Assembly: GCA_038142325.1 (NCBI GenBank)
Contig: JAYQJW010000002.1
Coordinates: 587,328 to 651,327 of the forward strand
Direction of reading: 5' to 3'
DNA length: 64,000 nucleotides
Source: Gammaproteobacteria bacterium
GTDB taxonomy: Bacteria; Pseudomonadota; Gammaproteobacteria; GCA-002705445; GCA-002716945
Part shown: piece by piece, positions 33,692 through 46,828 of the stretch
How the letters are laid out: the number at the start of each line of letters is the position of its first letter
Position numbering within the stretch: the stretch's first letter is position 1
Notes under the pieces: generated by a model
Seen by the model: only the letters and a program-made list of their open reading frames with translations
The model's database searches: none
Told to the model about the DNA's origin: nothing
Position numbers and translations under genes: made by a program

Positions 33692-34802
33692 TATTGTTTT
33701 CTCATATTTATGTATAAATCATTATCAATTGGTATAATAATTTTTAATTTGAAAAAGAAATTTTTTCTTTTAATTTTTTTATTGCATTTATACCTGAAAA
33801 ATTTATTCCATGTTGACCTATTATCTTTAGGTGCAACATAAAGTGTCAGTTCGTCAATAGCATTTTCCTCTAACAGTGACTTTGTTAATGTACCTCCACA
33901 TTCAACTAAAATATCATTTAAATTATATGTATTAGCAATATCATAAACATCTCGTAAAGATATTTTATTATTAACTGTAGGAACATACTTAATGATAACA
34001 TTATCCTTGTATGTCTTTATTGGAGAATTAGTTGTATTTTTTATATCTGTAATTATGATAACTAATCGATTCTTCGTTTTAAAAATATTTGAATTGTAAG
34101 GGACTCTTAACTTTGAATCTAAGATTATCAATGCAGGCTGATTCGCAATAAGCCCTGTAATTTTTTTATCTCTGATATTCATGTATGGATTATCTTCGAT
34201 TATAGTATTTGAGGTGGTAAGTATAGCGTTCACCTCAGCTCTTTGGCTTTGAACAAATTTTCTTGATTTAATTGAAGTGATCCATTTACTCTCTTTTCTT
34301 TGATTTGCAATCTTACCATCTAGTGATACGCCAAACTTAAGTCTAAGATATGGTTTGCTATGAGAAAATTTATAAAAAAAGATTTATTTAATTCAATGGC
34401 CTCATCTTCACAAATACCTGTAGTTACCTCAATCCCATTATCTTTAAGTTTATTGATACTCTTTTCATTTACTAATGGATTAGGGTCTTTTGAGGCAATC
34501 ACTACTCTAGAGATTTTGTTTTTTATAATCAAATCTACGCAAGGAGGTGTGTTTCCATGGTGACAACAGGGCTCAAGAGTAACATACATAGTTGCACCAT
34601 TAAGGCTATGTTTAGTTTTATCAATGGCTTCTCTTTCTGCATGTTTACCTCTGAATCTTCTGTGAAATCCTTTGCTCAGTATTTTGTTGTCTTTTACAAT
34701 AACTGCACCAACAAGTGGGTTAGGATGAGTTCTGTAATTACCCTTTTTAGCTAGCTCAATAGCCATAGTCATAAACTTTATGTCTTCAAGTTTACTCATC
34801 AA
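33691..34802 (-). CDS. ribD: Riboflavin biosynthesis deaminase/reductase; frameshifted
   Basis: PNPLVGAV, HAE and TLEPCCHHGNTPPC; reductase domain (ILVECGG, IDEL) in the downstream ORF. Confidence 0.93.
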
Positions 34803-35292
34803 TTTCTATCTGGTTCTGATTTTTAAGCATACTTGGTGTAGGTTGCTTCTCTAAATTTTCAATAATTGTTTTAAATGAATTAACGTCATTAAAACTTAAA
34901 TACACAGAGGCAAATCTTAAGTAAGCAACTTGATCAACTGAGATTATTTCCCTCATAATTATTTCGCCTATTTCTTTAGAGGGTATTTCTTTGCTAGGGT
35001 ACTGCGAGCATTTAGTTAATACCTTCTGGACTAATTCATCTATTTCATCAATTGATATCTTTCTTTTTTCAAATGCTCTGTTAATACCTCTCCGAATTTT
35101 TGTTTCATTGAAGATCTCGCTTGATTCGTCAGTTTTAATCACTCTTGGATAATTAAGTTCAGATGTTTCAAGAGTGTTAAATCTTGCTTTGCATGACAAA
35201 CACTCTCGCCTTCTTTTGATAGAATAAGAATCCTCATTGAATCTAGAGTCAATGACTTTAGTTTCTGCTGAGCCACAAAACGGGCAGCGCAT
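34792..35292 (-). CDS. nrdR: Transcriptional repressor NrdR
   Basis: MRCPFC, VIDSR, RRRECLSC and DQVAYLRFASVY. Confidence 0.98.
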   Translation of the reverse strand: MRCPFCGSAETKVIDSRFNEDSYSIKRRRECLSCKARFNTLETSELNYPRVIKTDESSEIFNETKIRRGINRAFEKRKISIDEIDELVQKVLTKCSQYPSKEIPSKEIGEIIMREIISVDQVAYLRFASVYLSFNDVNSFKTIIENLEKQPTPSMLKNQNQIEIDE

Positions 35293-35299
35293 ATTTCTC

Positions 35300-36570
35300 T
35301 TAAGCTACAGCTTGTTTACTAGATGAATAGACAGGAAACTGAGAACAAAGATTAATGACTTTATCTTTAATTTTTTTGATCTCTTCCTCATTGTCTATAT
35401 TTTCTAGAACATCACAGATTAAATTTCCAAGTATTTTAGTCTCGTTTTCTTTAAACCCGCGAGTGGTAATTGCAGGTGTGCCCAAACGAATCCCGCTCGT
35501 CACAAATGGAGATTGCGGATCATTGGGAACAGAGTTTTTGTTTACTGTAATATTAGCACTGTGTAGTGCAGCATCTGCAGCCTTACCTGTAAGTCCCTGC
35601 TTAACTAAACTTACAAGCATTAGATGATTTTTTGTACCGCCAGATACCACCTCATATCCACGTTCCATCATTGTATTAGCAAGAACATTAGCGTTAGTAA
35701 TAACTTGTTGCATATATTCTTTGAACTCTGGCTCAAGCGCCTCTTTAAAGGCAACAGCTTTAGCTGCAATTACATGCATTAATGGACCACCTTGGGTTCC
35801 TGGGAATACTAATGAGTTGAATTTTTTTCAAGTTCTTCATTTGATTTACAAATAATTATTCCACCCCTTGGACCTCTCAAAGTTTTGTGTGTTGTAGATG
35901 TAACGACATCTGCAAAAGGAACTGGATTAGGATATACGCCAGCAGCTACTAAACCTGAAACGTGAGCCATATCAACATGAAAGTATGCCCCAACAGATTT
36001 TGCTATCTCAGACATTCTCTTCCAATCTATTATTTGTGAGTAAGCAGAGAATCCGCCTATTAGCATTTTTGGTTTATGTTCGTTTGCTAGTCTTTCAACT
36101 TCATCATAATCTATCAGACCATCCTCATTAATTCCGTACTGGACAGCATTAAAGATTTTACCGGAAAAGTTTACTTTCGCACCATGTGTGAGATGTCCGC
36201 CAGCATCTAGGGACATGCCTAAAATTGTGTCACCAGGTTTAAGAAGGGCTAGATATACAGCAGCGTTCGCTTGTGATCCTGAATGCGGTTGAACGTTGGC
36301 ATAATCTGCGCCATATAGCTCTTTCAATCTGTCTATAGCAAGCTGCTCAGCAACATCCACGTTTTCACAGCCCCCATAATAACGCTTACCTGGATAACCT
36401 TCTGCATATTTGTTAGTCATGAGTGATCCTTGAGCCTCCAAAACTCTAGGGCTAGCATAGTTTTCAGAAGCAATTAGCTCTACATGCTCCTCTTGTCTTT
36501 TAATCTCATTTTTCATTGCTTCGTTCAATTCACTATCAAAACCAGCAATTTTCATATCCATTGTAAACAT
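35300..36570 (-). CDS. glyA: Serine hydroxymethyltransferase; frameshift near 35825
   Basis: [34 protein letters not shown] and [10 protein letters not shown]. Confidence 0.97.
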
Positions 36571-36630
36571 TATTGTCTCCGTTAAATTCTAATTCAGCCT
36601 AAAAATTTTAACACCTACATGAAATTTTGT

Positions 36631-38356
36631 CTAAATATCAATGCCGATATTATCATTTTCCCCGATAACGTTAATTTTTGTAGAATTATCTATTTTATAT
36701 GTCCCAATTGACTTTAAGTAGTCCTCAGCAACTTTCCAAATAGGTTCACCTGACTCAATATTATTAACACTTGCCCATCCACTTACCTTATATTTCTTAT
36801 TATTTTTGATAGGTAAATCATTGTTTAATCTAAGATTTGATATTCTATTATTTATTTTATTTTTTGGATTTATCGTGTACTTTATACCTCTCGTCCGCAC
36901 CATATCACCACCTTGCTGAAGATAAGGATCGATATTGAAAATATTATCGGCAACATCCTCAAGTATGTTTTTAATCGTTAAACCGTCCATTTCCCTGATA
37001 TAAGTGTTTGGATATGTTATAGCTGTATGATTGTATATATCATTTAAGCTAATAGCTTGATTTGGGAGTAAAGTTGCACCCCATCTAAATCCTGGGCTTA
37101 GTGATATTTCAGTGTCTAATACCGCATTCATTGAGTCACATAAAAAATCGTCAAATGTCCCATTAAAATTACTTCTTCTATAAAGCGTATCGCTTGTGTA
37201 ACCAATTTTTTGACTTAGCAATTTATCATATGGTTTCGACACTTTCGTTATAAAACTTTCCATTTGGGAATTTTTAGTTAATGCAGATGATAATATTGGA
37301 ATTAAATTATATCGGTATATATATGAATTATCTTTGAATTCTATGTCCAACATAGAAATAAATTTCCCATTGCAACCTGAATTTATTACTATGGTTTCAC
37401 CGGATTTATTTTTTACTGATATAGGCCTAGGAACAGCATCATGCGTGTGACCGCCAAGTATAAAATCAATTCCCTCTACTCTACTAGCTAATTTTTTATC
37501 TACATCAATTCCATTATGTGACAACAGAACTACTAGGTCAGGTTTATGCTTATTTTTTACCTTATTTATGGTTGATTGTAGCTCCTGTTCTCTAATACCA
37601 AAAGTTAAATTCGAGACAAATCTTGATGGATTGGCTATTGGTGTATAAGGGAAAGCTTGTCCGATTACAGCTATCTTCCTGCCATTTAACTCTCTTATAG
37701 TAAATGGTTTTTGAAAGTGATTATCCTCATTGTATGCCTCAATATCATTAAATATAGCCTCATCATTCAGAAAGACATTATTTGCTATAAATTATCCATT
37801 AAATTTAGATAGATTTTTTTTAAATTGCTCTTCACCGAATGTAAATTCCCAATGACCGGTCATTATATCTACGCCTAAAATATTTGAGGCTTCGACCATA
37901 TCCATTCCGTTTAAAAATAAAGAAATTGCAGAACCTTGCCAAGTATCTCCACCATCAAGAAGAAGAGAATTACCTTCTGCCTCTCCTCTCAATTGCTCTA
38001 CTGCAGTTTTTAAGTATGCATATCCTCCAAACTTGCCATACCTACTTGCAAGTTCATTATAGTTTAGGTAGCTATAAACATATTTATTAAAGTCACCATC
38101 TAAAGAATAAAAGTTTAAAAAATTTTCTCCAACAATGTGTGGAGGAACATTTTTATTAAACCCAGTTCCTAGATTAATATTTGGTTCTCTGAAATAAGAT
38201 GGCATTAATTGTGCATGCGTATCAGTAATGTGTAGTAGCCTAATATCAGAATTAAAGGAGTAATTATAATTAATAGTTATTGCTTGCATTAGCACTTGTC
38301 TTAAAGCCAGCAAGGTAAGCTGCAGCTAATAATTGTAAAAATTCTCTTCTATTCAT
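36631..38356 (-). CDS. soxB: Thiosulfohydrolase SoxB (Tat-exported); frameshifts near 38270 and 37795
   Basis: MNRREFLQLL twin-arginine signal at 38356; TDTHAQL, FREP, DGGDTWQGS, GHWEFT, GQAFPYTPIANP, SHNG, GGHTHD, SPGFRWG and QQGGDMVR. Confidence 0.92.
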
Positions 38357-38883
38357 TTATATATAGCCTTATAACTTTTTAGAATTATGATAGCTAAAAT
38401 TAAAAAGGTAAATATAAATAAGTAAATATAATCTGCTTTAATGATGAAATAGATATGCATCAATATAAAAAAATATATTAAGTAAACTACTTTATGAAGC
38501 TTTCTCCAATTTGTTATTCTATTTTTAAAATAATCAAATGAGGTAATGTACATTGGTATAAAAAAAAGCAATGCAATATATCCAGAAATTATATAGTTAC
38601 GATATAATGCATCCTCAATTAGATAATTAACATCATAATTATTATCAAATATATATAATAAAAGATGAAATATTGCTGAGTAGAAGGATACCAGCCCAAA
38701 AGTTCTGATTTCCATTTTAAGACTATTTAGATTTGTAAGAGGTAAAATTAATACAATTACAAGATAAATTAATGAGAGATATCCAGTTGCTGTTATGAGA
38801 TAACTAAATTTATTAATAATACTCTCATTAATAAAAATATAACTAAGTAATAATATTAGAGGTATTATGAGTAAAGCAAACAC
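38353..38883 (-). CDS. msrQ: MsrQ heme-binding membrane subunit
   Basis: TM helices, R.FGL..F....FH, TS...W..LHK.VY and MH; directly follows msrP. Confidence 0.85.
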   Translation of the reverse strand: MFALLIIPLILLLSYIFINESIINKFSYLITATGYLSLIYLVIVLILPLTNLNSLKMEIRTFGLVSFYSAIFHLLLYIFDNNYDVNYLIEDALYRNYIISGYIALLFFIPMYITSFDYFKNRITNWRKLHKVVYLIYFFILMHIYFIIKADYIYLFIFTFLILAIIILKSYKAIYK

Positions 38884-38886
38884 GAT

Positions 38887-39810
38887 TTAGAAATCTTTTG
38901 TTAAATCCATTCCCTCATATAAGTGTGCAACGTAGTCGGAATAACCATTGAACATCAAAGTATCTCTCTTTTTAAATTCTCCTATCCTTCTCTCACGCTT
39001 TTGACTCCATCTGGGGTGAGAGACATATGGATTCACATTAGAATAAAACCCATATTCGGAAGGCGCTTCAAGATTCCATGAAGTATCCGGGATATTTTCA
39101 ACAAAACTAATTTTTTTAATTGATTTAATACTTTTAAATCCATATTTCCATGGAACGATCAAACGTATTGGACTTCCATTTTGATTTGGTAAAATTCTAC
39201 CATACAAACCAACTGATAAAATTGTAAGAGGGTTCATTGCTTCATCGAGTCTAAGTCCCTCTCTATATGGCCATGCAAGTATATTTCTTTTTTGACCAGG
39301 TAAATTTTCAGGATCATACACGGATTCAAAAGCCACATACTTAGCTTTATATGTCGGTTTAGCAAGTTTTATGATTTGGTTAAGTTCAAAACCAATCCAT
39401 GGTACAACCATTGACCAAGCTTCTACACAACGAAGTCTATAAATTCTCTCTTCTAATGGAAATTTATTTACAAAGTCATCTTTATTTAGTATGAATTTAT
39501 TTTCTACCTCACCTTCAACAGAGACTGTCCAGTCCTCAGTATTAAGTTTACTGGCATTCATCATAGGGTCTCTTTTCCCGCTACCCAATTCATAAAAATT
39601 ATTATAAGAGCTTATTTGCTTGAAAGTGTTAGTTTGCTCATTAGTGCTATACTTAAGATCTTTAGTAAAAGTTAGCTGATTATTTTTAGAAAACAATAAA
39701 TTAGAAAATGTTAGCAAAGAAAAAGCAAGAGATGATTTGATAATTGCTCTCCTTTGTCTAAAAAGATTTTCATCAGTTACATTACTTTCTTTGAGACAAT
39801 ACTTAGACAT
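38887..39810 (-). CDS. msrP: Protein-methionine-sulfoxide reductase catalytic subunit MsrP (Mo)
   Basis: RR Tat signal, [32 protein letters not shown] and HPRWSQ. Confidence 0.96.
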   Translation of the reverse strand: MSKYCLKESNVTDENLFRQRRAIIKSSLAFSLLTFSNLLFSKNNQLTFTKDLKYSTNEQTNTFKQISSYNNFYELGSGKRDPMMNASKLNTEDWTVSVEGEVENKFILNKDDFVNKFPLEERIYRLRCVEAWSMVVPWIGFELNQIIKLAKPTYKAKYVAFESVYDPENLPGQKRNILAWPYREGLRLDEAMNPLTILSVGLYGRILPNQNGSPIRLIVPWKYGFKSIKSIKKISFVENIPDTSWNLEAPSEYGFYSNVNPYVSHPRWSQKRERRIGEFKKRDTLMFNGYSDYVAHLYEGMDLTKDF

Positions 39811-42800
39811 TACCTATCCATTCTCTTGCATTATAAAACATCTTCATCCATGGAGAATTTTTCCATTTTTTTGGTGCCCAAGAAAAATTATCGATACATG
39901 CGAGTCTTTCTGGGTGAGGCATCATAATGTTAATTCTACCATCATTATTACAAAAACCCGTAGCACCATCAGTAGAACCATTGGGATTAAATGGATATTC
40001 TTCTGTATATTGACCAGATGGATTAACAAATCTCAGAGTTGTCTTTTTAATATCTTTTTTATTTTTAACAGATATTCTACCTTCTCCATGAGATACGATT
40101 ATTGGCAATGTAGAATTATGCATATCTTTGAAGAATATAGAATTCGATTTAGGAATTTTTACCAAAACCTGCCTTGCTTCAAATTGATTTGAATTATTAG
40201 AAATGAACTCTAGGCCAATGATTAGCTCCTGGTATTATAGATTTAAGATGAGATAACATTTGACAGCCATTACAAACGCCTAGTGAGAATTTATTTTTAT
40301 TATTGAAAAAAAGTGATAACGCATCATAAGCTTTGCGGTTATATATAATTTTATTTGCCCATCCTCGGCCTGCCCCTAAAACATCTCCGTATGAAAAACC
40401 ACCGCAAGCCACAAGGCCGTTATATTGATTTAAAATATCAGGGTGATTAATAATGTCATTTGTAGTTACATCAAAACACTCAAAGCCAGCAAGCATAAAC
40501 GCATTAGCCATTTCTTTGTGCCCATTAACTCCCTGCTCTCTAAATATTGCTATTTTTGGCTTTTTCTTTGTAGACAAATATCTTTTAGGCTTTAAATTAA
40601 TAGAAAACGTGAGTCTTGTTGTATCAGTCGTATTGACGTGTTTGTGTGATTGAATTTTAGCCTTATATTCTGATAAGGCTGTTTTTTTGTTATCTCGTTG
40701 AGACTGAATTAAATATGATAGCTCACTCCAGTATTTTCTAAGTGTACTTAAAAATTCATTGTAATTCATAGATTGAATGGATAGCTTAGGGTTTAAATCT
40801 TTTTTAGATTACCAATTTTATGCAGACATTGAGTAAGATTATATTTATCAACCAAAGATAAAAATGTTTTTTGATTTTGTTTTGAGATTGCAAAAACACC
40901 ACCAAGTTCCTCATTGAATAAAACTTTGATGATTTCAGAATTGTTTATTTCAAAATTATCTGTAATCACAGACATATTAGATGAAAAAGCCATTTCAATT
41001 AGACATGTAACTAAGCCTCCATCTGATCTATCATGATAAGCATTTAATATCTTTTTACTAAGAAGACTTTGAGTTAAATAAAAATAATTTATTAAATCAT
41101 TAATATCATGAATATTTGGTGTTTCATTTTTTGTAATATTTAGCGTTTGATTTAGTGCAGATCCGCCCATTCTATTTTTACCATGGCCCAGATCAATTAA
41201 ATAAAGATCTGAATTAACTTCAGACTGAGGTGTAACATAATCATTGACATCATCAATAGATGAGAATGCAGATAATATCAAACTTACTGGACTTTTAACT
41301 TCTTTATTGGCTTTATCTTTCCATTTTGTAGACATGGATAATGAATCTTTTCCAACAGGAATTATAATATTACATTTTTGACACAAGGATGAGAGTCGGT
41401 CAACAGATTGATATAAATTATGAAGCTCAGTCTTATCTGATGAATTAGCCATCCAATTAGCTGATAGTTTTATTTTATCCAATTGTTTGATTTGAACAGA
41501 TGCAAGATTTGTAATGATTTCGCCAAATGACATATCTATTGAATCTATTGAGCTAGTTGTAGCAATGCTTGGTCGCTCACCCATAGTCAGTACTTGACCA
41601 GATGATGAATTAATATCTGACTTTGTAATTGAAAAATTAGATACAGGAATTTGATTTGGTCCAATTAATTGATCTCTTGCAACTAAGCCAGTTACAGATC
41701 TATCGCCAATTGTAATAAGAAAGCCTTTGTCTGAAACAGATGGCAACTGAAGAACATTTTTTATACATGATCTTAATGCAGGATATTTATAATTTCCTAT
41801 ATTATTATCTTTGGAAGGTGTTGAAACTTTTATTTTATCAAGCGGGGGTTTACCAAGAAGGTATTTCATTGGTAAATCAATTGCTAAGTTTCCTCCATGA
41901 GAAACTTTCAATGATTTCTTTGTAGTTACGTGACCAATTAGATACTCTGGACAGTTCTCTCTTTCACAAATTTTTTTAAAGTCATAATAATTACTATCTT
42001 TGATAATTACTACGTATCTTTCTTGCGATTCATTACACCATATTTCTAGAGATGACATATTTTTTTCAGCAGTATGAACTTAGTCAATGTCTACAACTGC
42101 CCCCATATCAAAATCATTGACAATCTCTGGAACAGCATTACATAGTCCACCTGCTCCAATATCATGAATACTTATAATTGGATTTGTTTGTAAATAGGTG
42201 CACTTATTGATAACTTCTTGGCATCTCCTTTCTATTTCTGCGTTATCTCGTTGTACAGAAGCATAATCTAACTGTTCAGTGCTTGAACCAGACTGCATAG
42301 ATGATGCAGCGCCTCCACCGATGCCAATACGAAATGAGGGTCCACCTAGAATAACTATTACATCTCCCTGGCTCAGCTTTTTTTTACGTGTATATTTTTG
42401 GTTAATATAACCAATACCGCCAGCAATCATAATGGGTTTATGATATCCATTAATTTGATTCTTTATGCAATTTTCGTTTTGATCTTCATAGGTTCTAAAA
42501 TATCCAAAAATATTTGGTCTTCCAAACTCATTGTTATATCTGGCAGCTCCGATAGGAGCTTCTATTATTATTTCATGTGAAGATTTAATTCTACCTGGAT
42601 AACCAGTAGAATTTTTTTCCCATTGTTTTTCATGGTGAGGAATACTTAAATTAGATAATGTATAGCCACAAAAACCAACTTTAGGAGATGAACCTCTTCC
42701 TGTTGCGCCTTCATCTCTTATCTCTCCACCAGAACCTGTTGCTGCACCTGCATATGGTGATATAGCAGTAGGATGATTATGGGTTTCAGCTTTTATTATA

Positions 42801-43582
42801 TAGTTCTCTGGTGATTTGATTATTTTGTATTTGAATTGTTTATCTATAACTAATTCATTAATTTTTTTTCCTTTTATGATAGAAGAATTATCTTTATAAG
42901 CAGAAATAACATCTTTGTTAGACTTATATGTAGACTTAATCATTGAAAATAAAGTTTTATTTTTCTTCTTCCCATCAATAAAAAAAGTGGAGTTAAAAAT
43001 TTTATGTCTACAATGTTCTGAATTAATTTGTGAAAACATCATCAGCTCAACATCTGTTGGATCTCTTTTAAGTTTCAGGTAAACATTTTCTAAATATTTA
43101 ATTTCAGAGAGATTCATCGCTAAACCCATCTTATTATTTTCAGTTTCAATATTTTTTGTTGATATTTTTCTGAAATAATTTTTCTTAGGAAGAAATGTAT
43201 TATTTAGATATTTTCTAATTATATTTGATGATGATAAATATATTTCTGTCATCTGATCATATGGTGGCGAACATAGTCGAGAATCTTTGGATCTAATATA
43301 TAAATCTAGCTTTTCTATTTCATAATCAGAGAAACCTAAACATGAATCAAGAATATCTTTTGTTTTGCTAGACCATGGTGAATTTGTTCCTGACCTTGAA
43401 GCAATTGCAGAATACTTGTAATTAACACTAAATAGATTTTTAGTATATTTTGCATCAAGTATTCGAGATATTTTATCTATATTATTTGTATTTATTTTAT
43501 TAGTTGAACTTAGTGAAAAAAGGATATGATGCTTAGTTTTCTTATTGATTATTGTGCTATTTTTAATGAAGAAATAGTGCAT
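39803..43582 (-). CDS. purL: Phosphoribosylformylglycinamidine synthase (large PurL); split in four by frameshifts
   Basis: [56 protein letters not shown] and MMPHPER. Confidence 0.95.
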
Positions 43583-43651
43583 TATGATGTATAGATATAG
43601 TAATACAATTTGATTGTTTTTTCTAAATTATGTATAAATAGTCTATCTCAA

Positions 43652-43995
43652 GGGGGCGACCGGCTTCGACGTGGGTTGCGATACCGGAGGTGCATATCGA
43701 GCTGATAGTAACTCGTTAAACTGCTGTAAAATATATAAACGCTGAAAATAAACCTTTAGCTCTAGCAGCCTAACTGCCGCTAGCCTCTCTCAGAGTAGGC
43801 TTATATGCTCAAACAGAGGTCATAATGATAAGATCGTAGTTCATAAGCTTGTTGGTGAACTATTAAATTTAAACAAGCTAGTTTTTATGTAGGTTGTCTT
43901 TAGCCAGCATAATTGCGAAATTTAATCAAAGACTATGCATGTAGTACCAATGGCTGAGTGCTCTCGGACGGGGGTTCGATTCCCCGCCTCCTCCA
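43652..43995 (+). ncRNA. ssrA: tmRNA; tag peptide AENKPLALAA* at 43741-43773
   Basis: 5' GGGGGCGACCGGCTTCGAC, a tag ORF ending LALAA, and 3' GGACGGGGGTTCGATTCCCCGCCTCC with G3-U70. Confidence 0.96.
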
Positions 43996-44559
43996 TGAAA
44001 TATAAATAAATACAATCTCATTTTCAAAATTAGATATTTAATTATAATTTATAACTCAATTGAATATAATCTTTAGTATTACAATTACAAATAAGTAAAT
44101 ATTAAGCTATTAAATACACGGATTATATTTTTTCATAAACATAATTTTAATTAAGTTATAAATGATTTCTATAATTAGTAATAATTAACAAAGTTTGAAG
44201 AAAAATTATAAAGAAGGTTTGATTAAATCCAAATTATTTTTTTCTGACTATTAGTATAAAATTATTTTTTAATTGTTCTATCCAATAAAATTTAATATTA
44301 TCAATTTTAGGGAGTAATGGAGAGTCTGTAATTAAATTACCAAAAAGAATAACACATGTATAACAAGTTTAGAAATGAGATTTATCTGTTTCCGTGAAAA
44401 TTTCTGATCAACTAAAATGCTTTCCATTATGCAGTCTTACAAACTTGATTTAGTGATTTCACAATATGCAGAAAAAACCAAAGGATCATCGGATCTTCTA
44501 ATTTGATAAATTCATTGCCTGGTATAGATAAATCTGAAAATATTTATGATTAAGTATGA

Positions 44560-44769
44560 GAAGCAAAAAATAAGATTTTATTTGAAAATACTTGAATAAT
44601 AAACAAACTGTGATGTACTTCTATATTTATTCCAATTCACTAAATCATAAATGATAGTGTCACATTTTTATTAAGTTTACAGGTACAGTTGGATCATTTT
44701 TGTTGCACATGATGTAATTAAAATGCTTTATAAATAATATGATATTATAACTATTATATTTTTGAACAT
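44560..44769 (-). pseudogene. Possible decayed lipoprotein gene in the AT-rich gap after ssrA (extent uncertain)
   Basis: MFKNIIVIISYYL*SILITSCAT: signal/lipobox-like start with an in-frame stop; no long ORF follows. Confidence 0.3.
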
Positions 44770-45033
44770 AAAACCCATGTTGTAGTATCATATAAATATG
44801 GATATATTATATCATAAGGTGAAAATAAATATTTATCAAATATTAAAATGTATTTTTTATAAATAAGAAACTATTTTTCAAGGATTGATTGCAGATGAAA
44901 TAAATAAGTTGGTTTATTTGAAAAAAAGCTAACTCTTTAAGTACAAACTGCATTTGAATCTTTGTAACGTTTTTAGAAAAAAAATTAAGGATTTTAAAAT
45001 AATTTTGATTCGTGAAGATCAAATGGCACTTAA

Positions 45034-45288
45034 CTAAGTAAATGAGATAAAAAAATTAATTAGTTCAATCCAAATCAAAATACCAAAATAACTTGAGACA
45101 AAAAATGAAATCAGAAAGATTATATAACCTAATCCTTCAGAATTATATTTTTGATCGTAGTTATGTTCTGTAAATTCACCTGTAGGATTGCCTCTAGCTT
45201 TAAGATAGAAAATTTTACCAATAAACATTGAACCAATAAGTATTGAGATTATTCCTATCCAAGTTATTACAGATAAAACGATTGTCAT
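45034..45288 (-). CDS. Small two-TM hypothetical protein
   Basis: 84-aa ORF with two hydrophobic segments flanking a polar loop. Confidence 0.6.
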   Translation of the reverse strand: MTIVLSVITWIGIISILIGSMFIGKIFYLKARGNPTGEFTEHNYDQKYNSEGLGYIIFLISFFVSSYFGILIWIELINFFISFT

Positions 45289-45389
45289 TTATTTAGAAAT
45301 TCATAGATATTAACAATGCCATGAAAAAATCCACATTTGATTCCAACAATGAAATATATCAATACAAATATAAATACAATTGTATTCAT
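45285..45389 (-). CDS. Putative 34-aa membrane peptide
   Basis: MNTIVFIFVLIYFIVGIKCGFFHGIVNIYEFLNK*; starts 27 nt after pntB and has an ATGA overlap with the next ORF. Confidence 0.45.
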   Translation of the reverse strand: MNTIVFIFVLIYFIVGIKCGFFHGIVNIYEFLNK

Positions 45390-45415
45390 TATTTTATAGT
45401 AATTATCCAAAATAG

Positions 45416-46828
45416 TTAGTTGTTTAAGGTAAGAACTTGAGACAATGATTCTTTTGCATCACCAAATAACATGCGCGTATTATCTTTAAAGAATAATGGG
45501 TTCTCTACTCCAGCGTATCCCGGCGACATGCCTCTTTTCATTACAACTGTATATTTGCCTCTCCAACATTCAATTACTGGCATACCAGCAATTGGGCTGT
45601 TAGGATCTTCTAAAGCTGATGGATTCACAATATCATTTGCACCAATAACAATAGATAGATCAATATTATCAAAATCATCATTTACCTCTTCCATCTCAAA
45701 TACAATATCGTATGGTATTTGTGCTTCAGCAAGTAAAACATTCATATGCCCAGGCATTCTTCCTGCAACAGGATGTATAACAAATATAACTTCTATATTC
45801 TTTGTTTTAAGTATATTTATAATTTCATTTACAACAAATTGCGCTTGAGCGACAGCCATCCCATATCCCGGAATAATTGCAATTTTTTTAGATGTTGTAA
45901 TCATATTTTTAAATTCATCAATATCAATAGCTTGAACCTCACCCTGCTCTGCATCAGAAGCGGCTGTTGAAGAAGATTCTGTTCCAAAACCACCTGCTAT
46001 GACAGATATAAAGCTTCTGTTCATAGCTCTACACATTATGTAACTCAAAATTGCTCCACTACTTCCAACTAATGCACCAACAATAATTAATAAATCATTG
46101 CTTAACATAAAACCTGTTGCAGATGCTGCCCAACCAGAATAAGAATTTAACATTGAAACTACTACAGGCATATCTGCTCCACCTATAGATGCAACTAAGT
46201 GTATGCCAAAGAAAAAAGATATAGCCAACATAATTGCTAATGGAAGCATGGCTTCATTTATGCTGTTTGATGATATGAAGCTGTTTCCAAAATAAACGAT
46301 AGCCAATATCATGAATAGATTAAGATAATGCTTAGCAGGAAGCATCAATGGATTTCCTGATAACTTGCCGCTAAGTTTACCAAAGGCAATTATAGAGCCA
46401 GAAAATGTAACCATGCCAATAAAAATACCTATGTAAATTTCTATTGAATGTATGGTTTTCTCAACACCTATGTATTCTTGAGTTGGATTTATAAAATTTA
46501 CAAGACCAACCAATACTGCAGCCATACCCACAAGACTATGTAATATTGCAACAAGTTCTGGCATTTCAGTCATTTGAACTTTTTTAGAGAGGATTAATCC
46601 TATCGAGCCACCTAATAAAATTAAGATAATTAAAAGAACATAGTTACTGGATACTTGTGGTCCAAGAAAAGTAGCAATAATGGCAATGAACATTGCGCTT
46701 ATACCATACATATTACCTTTGCGAGATGTCTCTTGGTTGCTTAAACCGCCAAGTGTCATTATAAATAAAACAGCTGAAACAATATATAATGCCCTTACGA
46801 CTTCTATGCTCAGTATTTCAAGATTCAT
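45416..46828 (-). CDS. pntB: NAD(P) transhydrogenase subunit beta
   Basis: [44 protein letters not shown] and GANDIVNP. Confidence 0.98.
   Translation of the reverse strand: MNLEILSIEVVRALYIVSAVLFIMTLGGLSNQETSRKGNMYGISAMFIAIIATFLGPQVSSNYVLLIILILLGGSIGLILSKKVQMTEMPELVAILHSLVGMAAVLVGLVNFINPTQEYIGVEKTIHSIEIYIGIFIGMVTFSGSIIAFGKLSGKLSGNPLMLPAKHYLNLFMILAIVYFGNSFISSNSINEAMLPLAIMLAISFFFGIHLVASIGGADMPVVVSMLNSYSGWAASATGFMLSNDLLIIVGALVGSSGAILSYIMCRAMNRSFISVIAGGFGTESSSTAASDAEQGEVQAIDIDEFKNMITTSKKIAIIPGYGMAVAQAQFVVNEIINILKTKNIEVIFVIHPVAGRMPGHMNVLLAEAQIPYDIVFEMEEVNDDFDNIDLSIVIGANDIVNPSALEDPNSPIAGMPVIECWRGKYTVVMKRGMSPGYAGVENPLFFKDNTRMLFGDAKESLSQVLTLNN

Noticed and set aside
35491-35515. Search for CIRCE-like TTAGCACT matches (inside glyA and near 38290)
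   Set aside because: Only partial half-sites inside coding sequence, with no second arm at 9-nt spacing
39803-43582. Split PurL/PurQ architecture or programmed frameshifting
   Set aside because: The fragments are collinear parts of the single large PurL, and similar indels occur window-wide
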